From Pelagibacteraceae bacterium AG-337-G06 (GTDB lineage Bacteria > Pseudomonadota > Alphaproteobacteria > Pelagibacterales > AG-422-B15): DNA of 64,000 nucleotides. The position numbers and the translations under genes were made by a program. The notes beneath the pieces were generated by a model. That model worked only from the letters and a program-made list of their open reading frames with translations. It was not told the DNA's origin and searched no databases. The DNA lies in the NCBI GenBank assembly GCA_003282175.1, contig QBZX01000002.1:138598-202597 (forward strand), read 5' to 3'. Positions 29,564 through 39,287 of the stretch are shown here, piece by piece (within the stretch, counting starts at the first letter, position 1; each line of letters starts with the position of its first letter).

Positions 29564-30381
29564 CTGATACTAAAACATCTTTACCACAAGCTTATGATTT
29601 CTGCGAAGAAAGTAACGCAGTTTATGATTTACTGTCAAATCTATCAGACAATGATTTCAATGAGAAAACTCAATTCAAAGGATGGACGATCAATAATGTA
29701 ATCGGTCACCTTCATGTATGGAACCATGCTGCAGATTTGTCATTAATAGATGGTGAGGAGTGGAAAAATTTTGCAAACGCAGCACTTGAAATGTTTGGCA
29801 AAGGATCAACCATGAACCAGTTTGAAGAAACCATTACTCAAGGCAAACAAGGAAAAGAATTACTGGATACATGGAAGAATTACTATGAGGATATGACAAC
29901 AAGGTTCGCTGTTGCAGATCCAAAAAAGAGAGTTAAATGGATGGGGCCTGATATGAGTGCCCGGTCCTCGATTAGCGCAAGACACATGGAAACATGGGCA
30001 CATGCACAGGAACTCTATGATTCACTTGGCGTTGACCGAGTTAATGAAGATAGAATTAAGAATATTGTAATCATTGGAAACAATACATTTAAGTGGTGCT
30101 ATACAGTTCATCAAAAGCCATTACCAAAAGACACTCCCTATTTGAAACTGACCTCACCATCTGGAGAGATTTGGGAATTCAACGATCCAGCAAATGAAAA
30201 TATTATAGAAGGATTAGCTGAAGAATTCTGTCAAGTTGTTACTCAAGTAAGAAATATAAAAGATGTTAACTTAAAACTAGTGGGCAATGTTGCCAATGAA
30301 TGGATGTCTATAGCCCAGTGTTTTGCAGGAGGTGCAGAAAAGCCACCTGAGCCAGGAACTAGGAAAAAAGTAATACGATAA
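29560..30381 (+). CDS. TIGR03084/MDMPI-family metal-binding protein
   Basis: TQFKGWTI..VIGHLH, WMGPDMSARSSISARHMETWAHAQ, LTSPSG..W, FCQVVTQ.R, CFAG. Confidence 0.85.
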   Translation: MTDTKTSLPQAYDFCEESNAVYDLLSNLSDNDFNEKTQFKGWTINNVIGHLHVWNHAADLSLIDGEEWKNFANAALEMFGKGSTMNQFEETITQGKQGKELLDTWKNYYEDMTTRFAVADPKKRVKWMGPDMSARSSISARHMETWAHAQELYDSLGVDRVNEDRIKNIVIIGNNTFKWCYTVHQKPLPKDTPYLKLTSPSGEIWEFNDPANENIIEGLAEEFCQVVTQVRNIKDVNLKLVGNVANEWMSIAQCFAGGAEKPPEPGTRKKVIR

Positions 30382-30383
30382 AT

Positions 30384-30779
30384 TTAAAATGGTGCTGATA
30401 AAGCTAGTGGTGAATACGTTTCAGCATCAGCCTTTAACCAAGCTTCAAAATCCTTCTTTGCTTTATCTGTAAGAGTAAGCGATTTAACTCGCATATCTTT
30501 TACTAAGGGCGCCTTAAATATGAAGCCTTCTTGAATGCCGTTTTCTATAATTGATTGTATTGAAGATTTTGAGCCAACCTTGGAGGGTATTGACTTACAA
30601 ATTTCTTGAAAGGAAGTAACATACTCATCTTTGAATGTTGCTAACGCTATAATGAGCATTACGTTCCAATGTAATGGTGTTCTGAATATAAAATTAGTCA
30701 ACGGAACCGTGAGTTCATACTCATAAAACTTTAGAGAATTTTCGATTGAAGCTATAATTTTTTCCTTATCAGCAGTCAT
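30384..30779 (-). CDS. MarR-like winged-helix protein
   Basis: SKSSIQSIIENG..EGFI.K....DMRVKSLTLTDKA wing motif. Confidence 0.6.
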   Translation of the reverse strand: MTADKEKIIASIENSLKFYEYELTVPLTNFIFRTPLHWNVMLIIALATFKDEYVTSFQEICKSIPSKVGSKSSIQSIIENGIQEGFIFKAPLVKDMRVKSLTLTDKAKKDFEAWLKADAETYSPLALSAPF

Positions 30780-30839
30780 TTGTAAAGAATTACTACTGTA
30801 TCTTGGTAGTAATAAAATACTTAAATTTGGTAGTAATAT

Positions 30840-31820
30840 TTAAGCAATTTTTACTTTCGACAGTCGATCATGAATTATGCTTTCAGCGTCTGAGATAATC
30901 CTATCCACAAGCTCCTTACAAGTTGGAATATCGTGTATCAATCCAGCAACCATTCCACAGCTCCAAGCACCTGCTTCCATTGTTCCCTCTTGCATAATTT
31001 TTGGATAAACTCCTGCAACCTCGCCAAAAATATCTTGAATCTGAAGATTGTCACCTTGTGCTTTTTCTTTATCAAGTATGCGTGTCACAGCGTCATTTTT
31101 TAAAACCCTTTCAGTATTTTTGAGAGGTCTCATAATCAGTTCTGTATCTAGTTCACTCGCATTCACGAGGGCATCTTTAACATTTTGATGAACAGGAGCT
31201 TCTTTTGTTGCAATAAATCGTGTTCCCATGTTTATGCCTTCAGCACCCATAGCGAGCGCCGCTACTAATTGCTGTCCGTTGCCCATGCCACCTGAAGCTA
31301 CAAAAGGAATTGTTAATTCTTCATAAGCTCTAGGCAGTAGGATCATATTAGGAATATCATCTTCACCTGGATGGCCTCCACATTCAAAACCATCAACACT
31401 TGCTGCATCACAACCAATTTTTTCAGCCTTTAAGGAATGCCTAACAGAAGTACATTTGTGAATTACTTTTATACCAGCATCTTTTAATAAAGGCATAAAT
31501 TTTTCTGGACTCCTTCCAGCTGTTTCAACAATTTTTACTCCTCCTTTAACGATAGACTCAATGTATCCAGGATAATCAGGATTAGCAAATCCAGGCAAGA
31601 AAGTTAGATTCACTCCAAAAGGCTTGTCAGTCATATCATGACATCTTGCTATTTCATTTGCTAGAGCTTTTGGGGACTCTTGTGTTAAGCCGGTGATAAT
31701 ACCAAGTGCACCTGCATTAGAAACTGCAGCAGCCATTTCAGCAAAACCAACGTAGTGCATTCCACCTTGTATAATTGGATGTTCAATTCCAAACATTTCT
31801 GTAATTTTCGTTTTAATCAT
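30840..31820 (-). CDS. Nitronate monooxygenase/FabK-like flavin oxidoreductase
   Basis: PIIQGGM, GFECGGH, ASGGMG, MGTRF. Confidence 0.88.
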   Translation of the reverse strand: MIKTKITEMFGIEHPIIQGGMHYVGFAEMAAAVSNAGALGIITGLTQESPKALANEIARCHDMTDKPFGVNLTFLPGFANPDYPGYIESIVKGGVKIVETAGRSPEKFMPLLKDAGIKVIHKCTSVRHSLKAEKIGCDAASVDGFECGGHPGEDDIPNMILLPRAYEELTIPFVASGGMGNGQQLVAALAMGAEGINMGTRFIATKEAPVHQNVKDALVNASELDTELIMRPLKNTERVLKNDAVTRILDKEKAQGDNLQIQDIFGEVAGVYPKIMQEGTMEAGAWSCGMVAGLIHDIPTCKELVDRIISDAESIIHDRLSKVKIA

Positions 31821-31906
31821 GATGTTCCTATAGTTAGAGTATTGTAAATTTATAAAATTATGAGAGTAATGTTATAATACTTTGAAAAAATAAATAGGAG
31901 TAAATT

Positions 31907-32122
31907 ATGGTTAATTATATTAAATGGGGCAGTACTTGCTTTATACTTGTAGGAATTTTACTAACAAATCTTAACATTTACCCCTTAAATATATTTGTTC
32001 ACGGAACAGGAGCCATTGGTTGGACCACTGTCGGATATATGACGTCGGATAGAGCCATATTAACCAATTTTGGGCTTCAAATACCGTTGTTTATAGTTGG
32101 AAATATATACCTTTTGACCTAA
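31907..32122 (+). CDS. Small membrane protein (DUF6552-like)
   Basis: KW..T.FIL.GI.LT..NIYPLN.F.H..G..GW...DRAI; GGAG RBS. Confidence 0.6.
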   Translation: MVNYIKWGSTCFILVGILLTNLNIYPLNIFVHGTGAIGWTTVGYMTSDRAILTNFGLQIPLFIVGNIYLLT

Positions 32123-32131
32123 TTTAATTTG

Positions 32132-32512
32132 ATGAGCAAAGCAGAAGTTATCAATATATTTGGGGATAAAATAGAAGCCTGTTGTCATGATCCAGTAACT
32201 GGATATTTTCGCGATGGTTTTTGCAATACTGACGAACACGACTTTGGAAGTCATGTAGTCTGTGCTGAAATCACAGAGGATTTTCTTACCTTCAGTAAAG
32301 CAATGGGGAATGATTTATCTACGCCAAGGCCTGAATTTAATTTTCCTGGTTTAAAAGAAGGTGATCGATGGTGCTTATGTGCACTCAGATGGAAAGAGGC
32401 TTACGATGCTGGAGTAGCGCCTCGTGTGTATTTAGAGAGTTGTCATTTAAATGCCTTATCTTATGTAACTAAAGAACAGCTTGAAGAATTTGCAGTAAAC
32501 AAAATAAACTAG
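32132..32512 (+). CDS. DUF2237-family protein
   Basis: CCHDPVTGYFRDGFC, GNDLSTPRPE, FPGLKEGDRWCLCALRW. Confidence 0.92.
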   Translation: MSKAEVINIFGDKIEACCHDPVTGYFRDGFCNTDEHDFGSHVVCAEITEDFLTFSKAMGNDLSTPRPEFNFPGLKEGDRWCLCALRWKEAYDAGVAPRVYLESCHLNALSYVTKEQLEEFAVNKIN

Positions 32513-32517
32513 TCATT

Positions 32518-33594
32518 ATGAAAATATTAATAACTATTTTTATATACATTTTATTTTCATCAATTTCATATGCATCAGAGTATAAGCTTGAAAAAGTAAT
32601 CGATAACTTGACTAAGCCATGGGGCATGAGTTTCATCAATGACAATGAATTGTTCCTTACTCAAAAAACTGGTGAAATTTTAAAAATTAATTTGAAAACA
32701 AAGGAAGTAATCAATTTTGATCATGAACTCAAAGTTGTCCAACCTCATTGGCAAGCAGGAATGCTTGATATCTTGTACAGTAACGAAGAAATATTTGTTA
32801 GTTATACAGAAGATATGGGCAATGACAAAACTAGTACGTCTATTGCAAGAGGATTTATTCAAGGCAATGAATTGGTAGGTTTGCAAAATATTTTTCAGTC
32901 ACAACCACCTCTTTGGGACAATATACATTGGGGCTCTCGATTAATGATCAAAGAAGATCTTTTGTATGCAAGTGTAGGCGAGAGAGCACAAGGCAGCTTC
33001 ACTCAAGATCCTACAAATCATATAGGCAAGATTATAAGAATAAATCGAGATGGTTCGGCGCCTTCAGACAATCCATACTCATCTGAGCCAGACTGGCTTC
33101 CAGAAGTCTTTCAAATTGGATTGAGGAATCCTCAAGGAATGGCATTAAATTCAAATGATAATTCAATTTATATAACAAACCATGGACCAAAAGGAGGAGA
33201 CTTTTTTGGTGAAGTTGTAAAGGGCACAAATTATGGTTGGATGGATGTAGCATGGGGCGGAACTGACTACGATGGTTCTATAATTGGTGATGGCAGTGCA
33301 TGGAAAGAAGGGCTGCTAAAGCCAATTTATAGATGGATCCCATCAATTGCGGTAAGTGATATGACCTTTTATAAAGGTAGCCTTTTTCCTGAGCTAAAAG
33401 ATAAAGTCATTTTAACCAGCTTAAAAGCCCAACGACTAATCAGTTTAGATTTTAATGACGGTAAGGCGTCTAATGAAACTGTCTTAATAGAAGGTATGGG
33501 ACGATTACGCGATGTTGAGCAAAATGATTCTGGTGAAATATTTGTTATTATAGATGATGATAACAGTGGAATATGGAAATTAGTTAAAAAGTAA
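32518..33594 (+). CDS. PQQ-dependent sugar dehydrogenase (GSDH family), exported
   Basis: Signal peptide; PWGM, HWGSR, GKIIRI, GLRNPQG, HGPKGGD, NYGW, PSIA. Confidence 0.88.
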   Translation: MKILITIFIYILFSSISYASEYKLEKVIDNLTKPWGMSFINDNELFLTQKTGEILKINLKTKEVINFDHELKVVQPHWQAGMLDILYSNEEIFVSYTEDMGNDKTSTSIARGFIQGNELVGLQNIFQSQPPLWDNIHWGSRLMIKEDLLYASVGERAQGSFTQDPTNHIGKIIRINRDGSAPSDNPYSSEPDWLPEVFQIGLRNPQGMALNSNDNSIYITNHGPKGGDFFGEVVKGTNYGWMDVAWGGTDYDGSIIGDGSAWKEGLLKPIYRWIPSIAVSDMTFYKGSLFPELKDKVILTSLKAQRLISLDFNDGKASNETVLIEGMGRLRDVEQNDSGEIFVIIDDDNSGIWKLVKK

Positions 33595-34127
33595 TGTTTT
33601 ATGTATATTTAATTTCTAAAATTCTTCTCTTTTATCTTCTTCCATATTTTGCCATTACTCGAAAAGCTAGCAAAACACTTATAAATGTTAAATCAATATT
33701 GCTATTCTCATGGTTAGTTTATCTAGCCTTTCTGACCTATATACCTTTTATCGATTATTATTTTGAAAATGAAGTAAACATACAATACCTCATTCCAGAT
33801 TATATTCTTTTCTTGATAATAATTATTTTTTTAATTATTCCATTTGGTTATTTTTTTTACTTTGATAAGGCAATCAACAAATTTAAAAAATTAACACTTA
33901 TCTTTGGAATACTATTTTTAATCATTTCATCCGTAATAATTTTTGGACTAGAAATATTTAATCATCAAAAAAGAATGCCTCTTGAGAATATTTGTTACCA
34001 GCAACATAGTGCAAATAAAGAAATGTTAGAATGCTGTTTAAACGCTGAATATATTTGGCAAGAAGGATTTAGCTATTTATCCGAAACTCCTGTAAACTGT
34101 AAAAAATATATGAATTGGAATGATTAG
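33594..34127 (+). CDS. Hypothetical membrane protein
   Basis: Very hydrophobic N-terminal part, Cys-containing C-terminal tail; 1-nt overlap with upstream stop. Confidence 0.65.
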   Translation: MFYVYLISKILLFYLLPYFAITRKASKTLINVKSILLFSWLVYLAFLTYIPFIDYYFENEVNIQYLIPDYILFLIIIIFLIIPFGYFFYFDKAINKFKKLTLIFGILFLIISSVIIFGLEIFNHQKRMPLENICYQQHSANKEMLECCLNAEYIWQEGFSYLSETPVNCKKYMNWND

Positions 34128-34129
34128 TT

Positions 34130-34522
34130 TTGAGTAATATAAATTTATTAATTGGTAGAATAATTATAGGTATCTACTTTCTTGTGTTTGGAGCTGTCTT
34201 CAAGATATTTAATTACAATCTGACACTGGAATATATGTTTAATCATGAAGTGCCATATACGGAGATAGCGCTGGTAATGACGATCGTCATCCAAGCTGCG
34301 TGTGCCATTGCAATACTAATAGGAAAATTTTCAAAGTTTTCAGCTTTTAGTCTTGCAATTTTAACCATCATTATCAATTACTACATGCATGATTTCTGGA
34401 ATATGGAGTCGGGTCTTGAGCAACGGCACGAGTTGCAAAATTTTGTAAAAAATACAGGAATTATTGCTGGTTTATTAATTCTTTCAGCAGTGCATCCTGG
34501 TAAATACAAAATAGGAAATTAA
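34130..34522 (+). CDS. DoxX-family membrane protein (TTG start)
   Basis: GRIIIGIYF, MHDFWN, FVKNTGIIAGLL, GKY. Confidence 0.88.
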   Translation: MSNINLLIGRIIIGIYFLVFGAVFKIFNYNLTLEYMFNHEVPYTEIALVMTIVIQAACAIAILIGKFSKFSAFSLAILTIIINYYMHDFWNMESGLEQRHELQNFVKNTGIIAGLLILSAVHPGKYKIGN

Positions 34523-34527
34523 AAGAT

Positions 34528-35304
34528 ATGTACAAAAATTTACTCAATTTTTTGAGAGTGGGGGTCATATCGAATTTAATTCTACTTTGGGGGACTTTTA
34601 CATATCTTGATGCAACAGATAATTTATGGATTTTAATACCTGCACAATTCCTATTACTGATTTCAGTCTACCGATGTATGTTTCCAGTTAACTATGCTTC
34701 AAAAGCAGTCTTGTTTGACTCAATTTTATCATCTGTATTTATAACTAGATTTTTAGTAACAATTGTTGAAGTCACTTATATTTTTATGTTCAGTCATGTA
34801 CTGAGAATTATTAATAATGAGGACTATATGTTTGTTACAGCTTTATCCTGGCTGATGGTAATACAAGTAACAATTTCACAATTCTTTTGTTGGGGTGCTA
34901 TCTTAATTAAATATGAGAGATTTTATTTTTATGAGGAATTAGGCTGGTTTATTATTTTTTTATTCAACAGTATTTGCAGCATTATTTTATTAAATAGTAA
35001 TATTTCCAGTGATCACAATATTCTTGTAATTTTGAACATTATTTTTGGTATTTTGTACCTGCCATGGCAAGTATTTCACCTTAAATCAATTTTAAGTAGG
35101 ATTAAGGGCAATAAAGATATTCAAAATCAGTCAATGCAATTCAATGTAGAGAAAATGAAAATGGAGCTTAATAATTCATTTCATGAGAGAAAAGTTACTT
35201 ATGAACAATCTGATTGGGGCGGCGTGGTTGGAATAATGTGGATGTATGGCTATTGGATTTTAATCATACCAATTTGGGTATTCTATATCGTAAGAGCAAT
35301 TTAA
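34528..35304 (+). CDS. Hypothetical multi-pass membrane protein
   Basis: 258 aa; YRCMFPVNY, EELGW, YLPWQ and DWGG motifs. Confidence 0.7.
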   Translation: MYKNLLNFLRVGVISNLILLWGTFTYLDATDNLWILIPAQFLLLISVYRCMFPVNYASKAVLFDSILSSVFITRFLVTIVEVTYIFMFSHVLRIINNEDYMFVTALSWLMVIQVTISQFFCWGAILIKYERFYFYEELGWFIIFLFNSICSIILLNSNISSDHNILVILNIIFGILYLPWQVFHLKSILSRIKGNKDIQNQSMQFNVEKMKMELNNSFHERKVTYEQSDWGGVVGIMWMYGYWILIIPIWVFYIVRAI

Positions 35305-35334
35305 GAATTTAGATGTTTAAGTATTAATAAGTAT

Positions 35335-35895
35335 ATGAAAAATAATAGCATTATATCAATTGCATTTGCTGTATTTATTTCTGCTATAATTGGGAAAACG
35401 AGTATTGCCCAGGACATGTTCAAAGATAATTTTAGCAATAATGAGCAGTGGAGATATATTGCCGACGACGTAATGGGTGGCGTTTCAACTGGCAATGTCG
35501 AGTATAATATTATTGAAGAAGATGTAATCGCTGTTTTAAAGGGGAATGTTTCCACTGAGAATAATGGTGGCTTTATACAAATCAGAAGAGATCTAAAAGG
35601 CATAAACTTAGAAAATGCTAACTCAGTAAAACTTGTGGCTAAAGGCAATAGTCAAAAATATTATATTTTCTTAAGAACAACAGGCACAATCCTTCCTTGG
35701 CAATATTATGCTTCTGAATTTACAGTTAATGAGAACTTTAACGAATTCGTTCTACCTATAAGTGATTTTGAGAAATCAGGTTTTCTTTTGGCAAAAAATA
35801 TTAATCCTAAAAAAATAACATCCATTGGCATTGTAGCATTTGGAAGAGACCATGAAGCTGAATTATTTGTTAAGGAAATAGGATTTATCAAATAA
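35335..35895 (+). CDS. CIA30-family carbohydrate-binding-like protein, exported
   Basis: DDVMGGVS, NNGGFIQ, LPISDF; signal peptide. Confidence 0.88.
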   Translation: MKNNSIISIAFAVFISAIIGKTSIAQDMFKDNFSNNEQWRYIADDVMGGVSTGNVEYNIIEEDVIAVLKGNVSTENNGGFIQIRRDLKGINLENANSVKLVAKGNSQKYYIFLRTTGTILPWQYYASEFTVNENFNEFVLPISDFEKSGFLLAKNINPKKITSIGIVAFGRDHEAELFVKEIGFIK

Positions 35896-36039
35896 AGTAT
35901 ATTTTTGATTTATTCTCCCATATACGCCTGACTCATACATTAGCATACGACGTCGAACGTAGGTATAGATACAAAATTATCTATACTTGCATTCATACAC
36001 GTACTGTCTTGTACGGGGTCGTGCAGTAGAGTACGTACA

Positions 36040-36054
36040 CGACTTAGACCCGAC
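36040..36054 (+). repeat. Left copy of 15-bp direct repeat
   Basis: CGACTTAGACCCGAC; 14/15 identical to 39288-39302. Confidence 0.6.
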
Positions 36055-36079
36055 CCTAAAGATACTTGATAAGCACATA

Positions 36080-36451
36080 TTATTGCTCTGCCCAATCATC
36101 AATTACACTCAGGATTTCATTGCAGATGCTGTTGTCGTCCTGAATATACATTATCTTGGTATTCATATAAGCTGATAACAAAGCTCGATGTTCCTCTTCT
36201 GAGAATTCATTGTCTGGATAGCGTACTTCATTGAACAAATAAATCTTTGCAGCATTTTTTAATGCCTGAATTTCATCTGTATCGTCAAGAACTGTAGAGT
36301 GAAATTCGTAAAGAGCATAACATCTCTGCAAAATGTATTGCATACCATCCTTACTTTCCACGTAGTCATCTAAGGATGGAAGTGGATGATCATCTGCATT
36401 AGTCGTAAACATATAGCCTAACAAGATTAATATAGAGAGCAGGTGTTTCAT
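36080..36451 (-). CDS. Secreted hypothetical protein
   Basis: Signal peptide ending TNA-D; two Cys; acidic. Confidence 0.7.
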   Translation of the reverse strand: MKHLLSILILLGYMFTTNADDHPLPSLDDYVESKDGMQYILQRCYALYEFHSTVLDDTDEIQALKNAAKIYLFNEVRYPDNEFSEEEHRALLSAYMNTKIMYIQDDNSICNEILSVIDDWAEQ

Positions 36452-36494
36452 TTAAAATAGATATAGAACTCTTAAAGTATATTTGAAATAATTT

Positions 36495-36680
36495 TTAACT
36501 TCTACCCATTCTGGCTTTTGGGTCAGTCATTTCTCTTCTCATCATTAATACAAAATAGATAATGAAAATTATTCCTCCTATAACCCCAAGCCAATTATCA
36601 ATATTCTTAATGGTAAAATATCCAACAATTCCAACTGAAAAAATCGTCCAAGTATACCAAATGAACTTTATTATTTTCAT
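36495..36680 (-). CDS. Small 2-TM hypothetical protein
   Basis: 61 aa, two hydrophobic segments and a basic tail. Confidence 0.55.
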   Translation of the reverse strand: MKIIKFIWYTWTIFSVGIVGYFTIKNIDNWLGVIGGIIFIIYFVLMMRREMTDPKARMGRS

Positions 36681-36834
36681 AAGTTAAACTTTAACTCAGA
36701 TTTCAGAATTAACAACTAAGGATACAAACCCCCCTATATATGCAGTCACCCCCCGCATTTTAGATTGATGTGGCAGGTTGTTCAAAATACCTTATGTGAT
36801 AATCTTATTAAATATTTTAAATAGGGATAAATTT

Positions 36835-37038
36835 ATGCTTATAACTATTGTTGGTCTTTTAATAGGGCTAGGTGTCTGTATTTTAGCTTGGTGGCTATAT
36901 CATAAAGATGGAGAACTAGATGGATTTTATGATTTTGCAAAATCATTATCACCAATTATTTATTGGGTAGTAGGTTTAGCGGTACTAGCGGCAATTGTGA
37001 ACTCAGGTGGTGGCGGTGCGTTTAATTTTTTTTTCTAA
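36835..37038 (+). CDS. Small 2-TM hypothetical protein
   Basis: ATG at 36835 with an AGGG RBS-like element; abuts next ORF. Confidence 0.55.
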   Translation: MLITIVGLLIGLGVCILAWWLYHKDGELDGFYDFAKSLSPIIYWVVGLAVLAAIVNSGGGGAFNFFF

Positions 37039-37812
37039 ATGAAAATTAGTGAAAAAATAAATACAGCTGAAGAGACAACATTCACATTTTATGGTGGTAA
37101 TCTCACTACCAGGGAAGACGTATCATTTTTTGAAGATATTGATCTAATGACAAAATTACTTTTTGAAGAAGAAATTATTCAAAATCCAATTCGTAACTTA
37201 AACATTTCACTAGTTTATGATTGTGAATTAGAAGATCCCGCAGTTGCACTAAGGGAGGATCTCGGCATTAAAGAATTTGAAGAAGACCTTGAAGATGAGA
37301 TGTATGAAATGCTTGATCAGAAGAAAACCTGCGATGAGATTGCTAATAAATTTAAGGTTAGCGTAGAAAGTGTGCGATATAATCTGCTTACGAAATACGA
37401 CGATCCTTGTTCTCTGAATATTATGGAAATTGAGAATAATCGTATTCGAGTATTGGATGACTATTGGATTGGTAACGAAAAAATGCTTAATGAAAAAATC
37501 TTTAGCAAACTTCACAGTGACATATATGAATTTGAATTTGACATTCGTTCCTTTATTGCAAAATACATGGGAAACGCTCTAACTGAAGATGATGACAATG
37601 CAGTTATCAGGGAGAATTTTAATAATCCTCGATGGGAGGAGCATAATTCAATGCTTTTCTTACAGCAAGACGATGTTCCTTACCTCTTATCTTTAAAAGA
37701 AACGATCGGAGATAAATTTAAACTTATACTGACTGAACCTAATGATGTAGAAAAAAATAAACTTGATGAGATTGGAATAAATTGGGGGACAGATGATAAA
37801 CGTATCCTCTAG
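37039..37812 (+). CDS. Acidic hypothetical protein (ORFan)
   Basis: 257-aa ORF, strongly D/E-rich; no family recognised. Confidence 0.7.
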   Translation: MKISEKINTAEETTFTFYGGNLTTREDVSFFEDIDLMTKLLFEEEIIQNPIRNLNISLVYDCELEDPAVALREDLGIKEFEEDLEDEMYEMLDQKKTCDEIANKFKVSVESVRYNLLTKYDDPCSLNIMEIENNRIRVLDDYWIGNEKMLNEKIFSKLHSDIYEFEFDIRSFIAKYMGNALTEDDDNAVIRENFNNPRWEEHNSMLFLQQDDVPYLLSLKETIGDKFKLILTEPNDVEKNKLDEIGINWGTDDKRIL

Positions 37813-38146
37813 TGATATTCTTATTGTATTTGCACTTATTTACTTAATCTTACTATGCATTGTGAAATTTTATAAAAGACTTTCATGGTATGAAGCACAT
37901 GAAAAAATACTTCCAACACCAAAGTTTACCTTTATCAAAAATATACTTAAAAAGCCGTATAGCATTCTATCATTTGTATTGGCCTTGAGTTATTTTGTAA
38001 TTTACTTCCTTATAGTTGCTTATCTCATCGAATATTTTGAGTTTTTTGGCTTTGTATTTTCTGTTATTATATGGATATTAACAGCAGAAAGATTTGGTAA
38101 ATTTATAAATAAACTAGATAAAAAAGATAACGAGCGAGATACATAG
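37793..38146 (+). CDS. Hypothetical membrane protein
   Basis: 117 aa, about 3 TM segments. Confidence 0.55.
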   Translation: MINVSSSDILIVFALIYLILLCIVKFYKRLSWYEAHEKILPTPKFTFIKNILKKPYSILSFVLALSYFVIYFLIVAYLIEYFEFFGFVFSVIIWILTAERFGKFINKLDKKDNERDT

Positions 38147-38163
38147 GTTATGAAATCTTAGGT

Positions 38164-38436
38164 CTAGTAGTCTAACCAACCCCAAGTAGGTCTTGGTTTC
38201 TTATAGCGTAATGTCACTAAATACATATCCAGATACAGCTCTTTACGATATTGCTTGTAGTACAGATCTTTTGCTTCTTTATTGACCATCTTCTTCCAGT
38301 TACGTCTAGTTGAGTAATAGTTCTTAAGAGATATAGGAGTATCAGGTTTATTTGCTTTTTTGGATTTAAATAAGTCTTGCTTATCATCTTTAATTTTTAG
38401 ATATTCGAGTAATGAGTCAATAATTGAATCTTTCAT
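38164..38436 (-). CDS. Basic hypothetical protein
   Basis: 90 aa, K/Y-rich. Confidence 0.55.
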   Translation of the reverse strand: MKDSIIDSLLEYLKIKDDKQDLFKSKKANKPDTPISLKNYYSTRRNWKKMVNKEAKDLYYKQYRKELYLDMYLVTLRYKKPRPTWGWLDY

Positions 38437-38462
38437 ACAATAAAATTATGACATGATTCCTT

Positions 38463-39059
38463 TTATTTTGAAAGTATCGGTAGTGCTTTGAGTGTCTTAG
38501 GTAATTCTTTCATATGCTTACTTTTGTATGTAACTTTACAGTTATCAATCTCATCTAATAAATCAGTACACTGATCAGACTTCAAATAAAGATCGCATGG
38601 TTCGTCTATTAGTTTAATATCATTTGATTTCTCAGTGTCTGTACTGTGGAATAAATATATTTCGTCATTTGAATCCTCTTCATTAAATACATCGATTAGA
38701 TATTTTTTTATCTGATCGCCATTGGCAGAATACAAATAATAAAAATCATGACTACTCATGTTACCCATCTCTATATTAAATAAATGCACGCATCCCAAGT
38801 CTGTAGCAAGGGGAATTAGTTTTGGAAATATTGATCCTGGTATTGTCCAAAAAAGAAATTCATCTGAATTAGAATACCACTCATAAAATATTTCATCTGT
38901 AATTTGCTTTGGTTGAAAACAATAAAGGAAATCATCTACATTTTTTTCGCCAGTATTAGCTAATACCTCATGCAATCTTTCCTCTCTAAAGAACTGCTTA
39001 AAGTCACTATCTACCTTAATATTCTGATCAAGGAACTCTAATTGTTTTTCTTCATTCAT
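38463..39059 (-). CDS. Acidic hypothetical protein (ORFan)
   Basis: 198-aa ORF, D/E-rich. Confidence 0.7.
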   Translation of the reverse strand: MNEEKQLEFLDQNIKVDSDFKQFFREERLHEVLANTGEKNVDDFLYCFQPKQITDEIFYEWYSNSDEFLFWTIPGSIFPKLIPLATDLGCVHLFNIEMGNMSSHDFYYLYSANGDQIKKYLIDVFNEEDSNDEIYLFHSTDTEKSNDIKLIDEPCDLYLKSDQCTDLLDEIDNCKVTYKSKHMKELPKTLKALPILSK

Positions 39060-39236
39060 TTAATTCTCACTATTATCAAGCAAAGTTTCCGAGTTTTCTT
39101 CGAATTTGTTCATCAAATTTTCAATTTCTTCGATTGATATTGGATCAGAAGGCTCTTCAGTAACGTAATTATAAATGCGTCTACCTCCGTCTAAAATTAC
39201 AATTATAATTAATATAAGTTTAAATGTGTTAGACAT
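39060..39236 (-). CDS. Small single-TM protein, 58 aa
   Basis: MSNTFKLILIIIVILDGGRRIYNY...; the longer TTG start runs through the repeat element and is unlikely. Confidence 0.55.
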   Translation of the reverse strand: MSNTFKLILIIIVILDGGRRIYNYVTEEPSDPISIEEIENLMNKFEENSETLLDNSEN

Positions 39237-39287
39237 ATTTAAAGTTTTCTCTTGATATTCTAAAAGGCAATTTTGACGTTTTGGACC

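Noticed and set aside
35960-35987. Inverted arms with a 6-bp spacer as a dif site
   Set aside because: Only a partial match to the XerD arm and no match to the XerC arm.
35977-36078. 33-aa minus-strand ORF MCLSSIFRVGSKSCTYSTARPRTRQYVYECKYR
   Set aside because: It starts 1 nt after the upstream stop but runs through the repeat/palindrome element, has no RBS and has atypical composition; unsupported.
36728-36757. C-tracts CCCCCC-TATATATGCAGTCA-CCCCCC in a divergent intergenic region
   Set aside because: They are direct rather than inverted, with only two runs per strand (too few for an intramolecular G-quadruplex), so no function can be supported.
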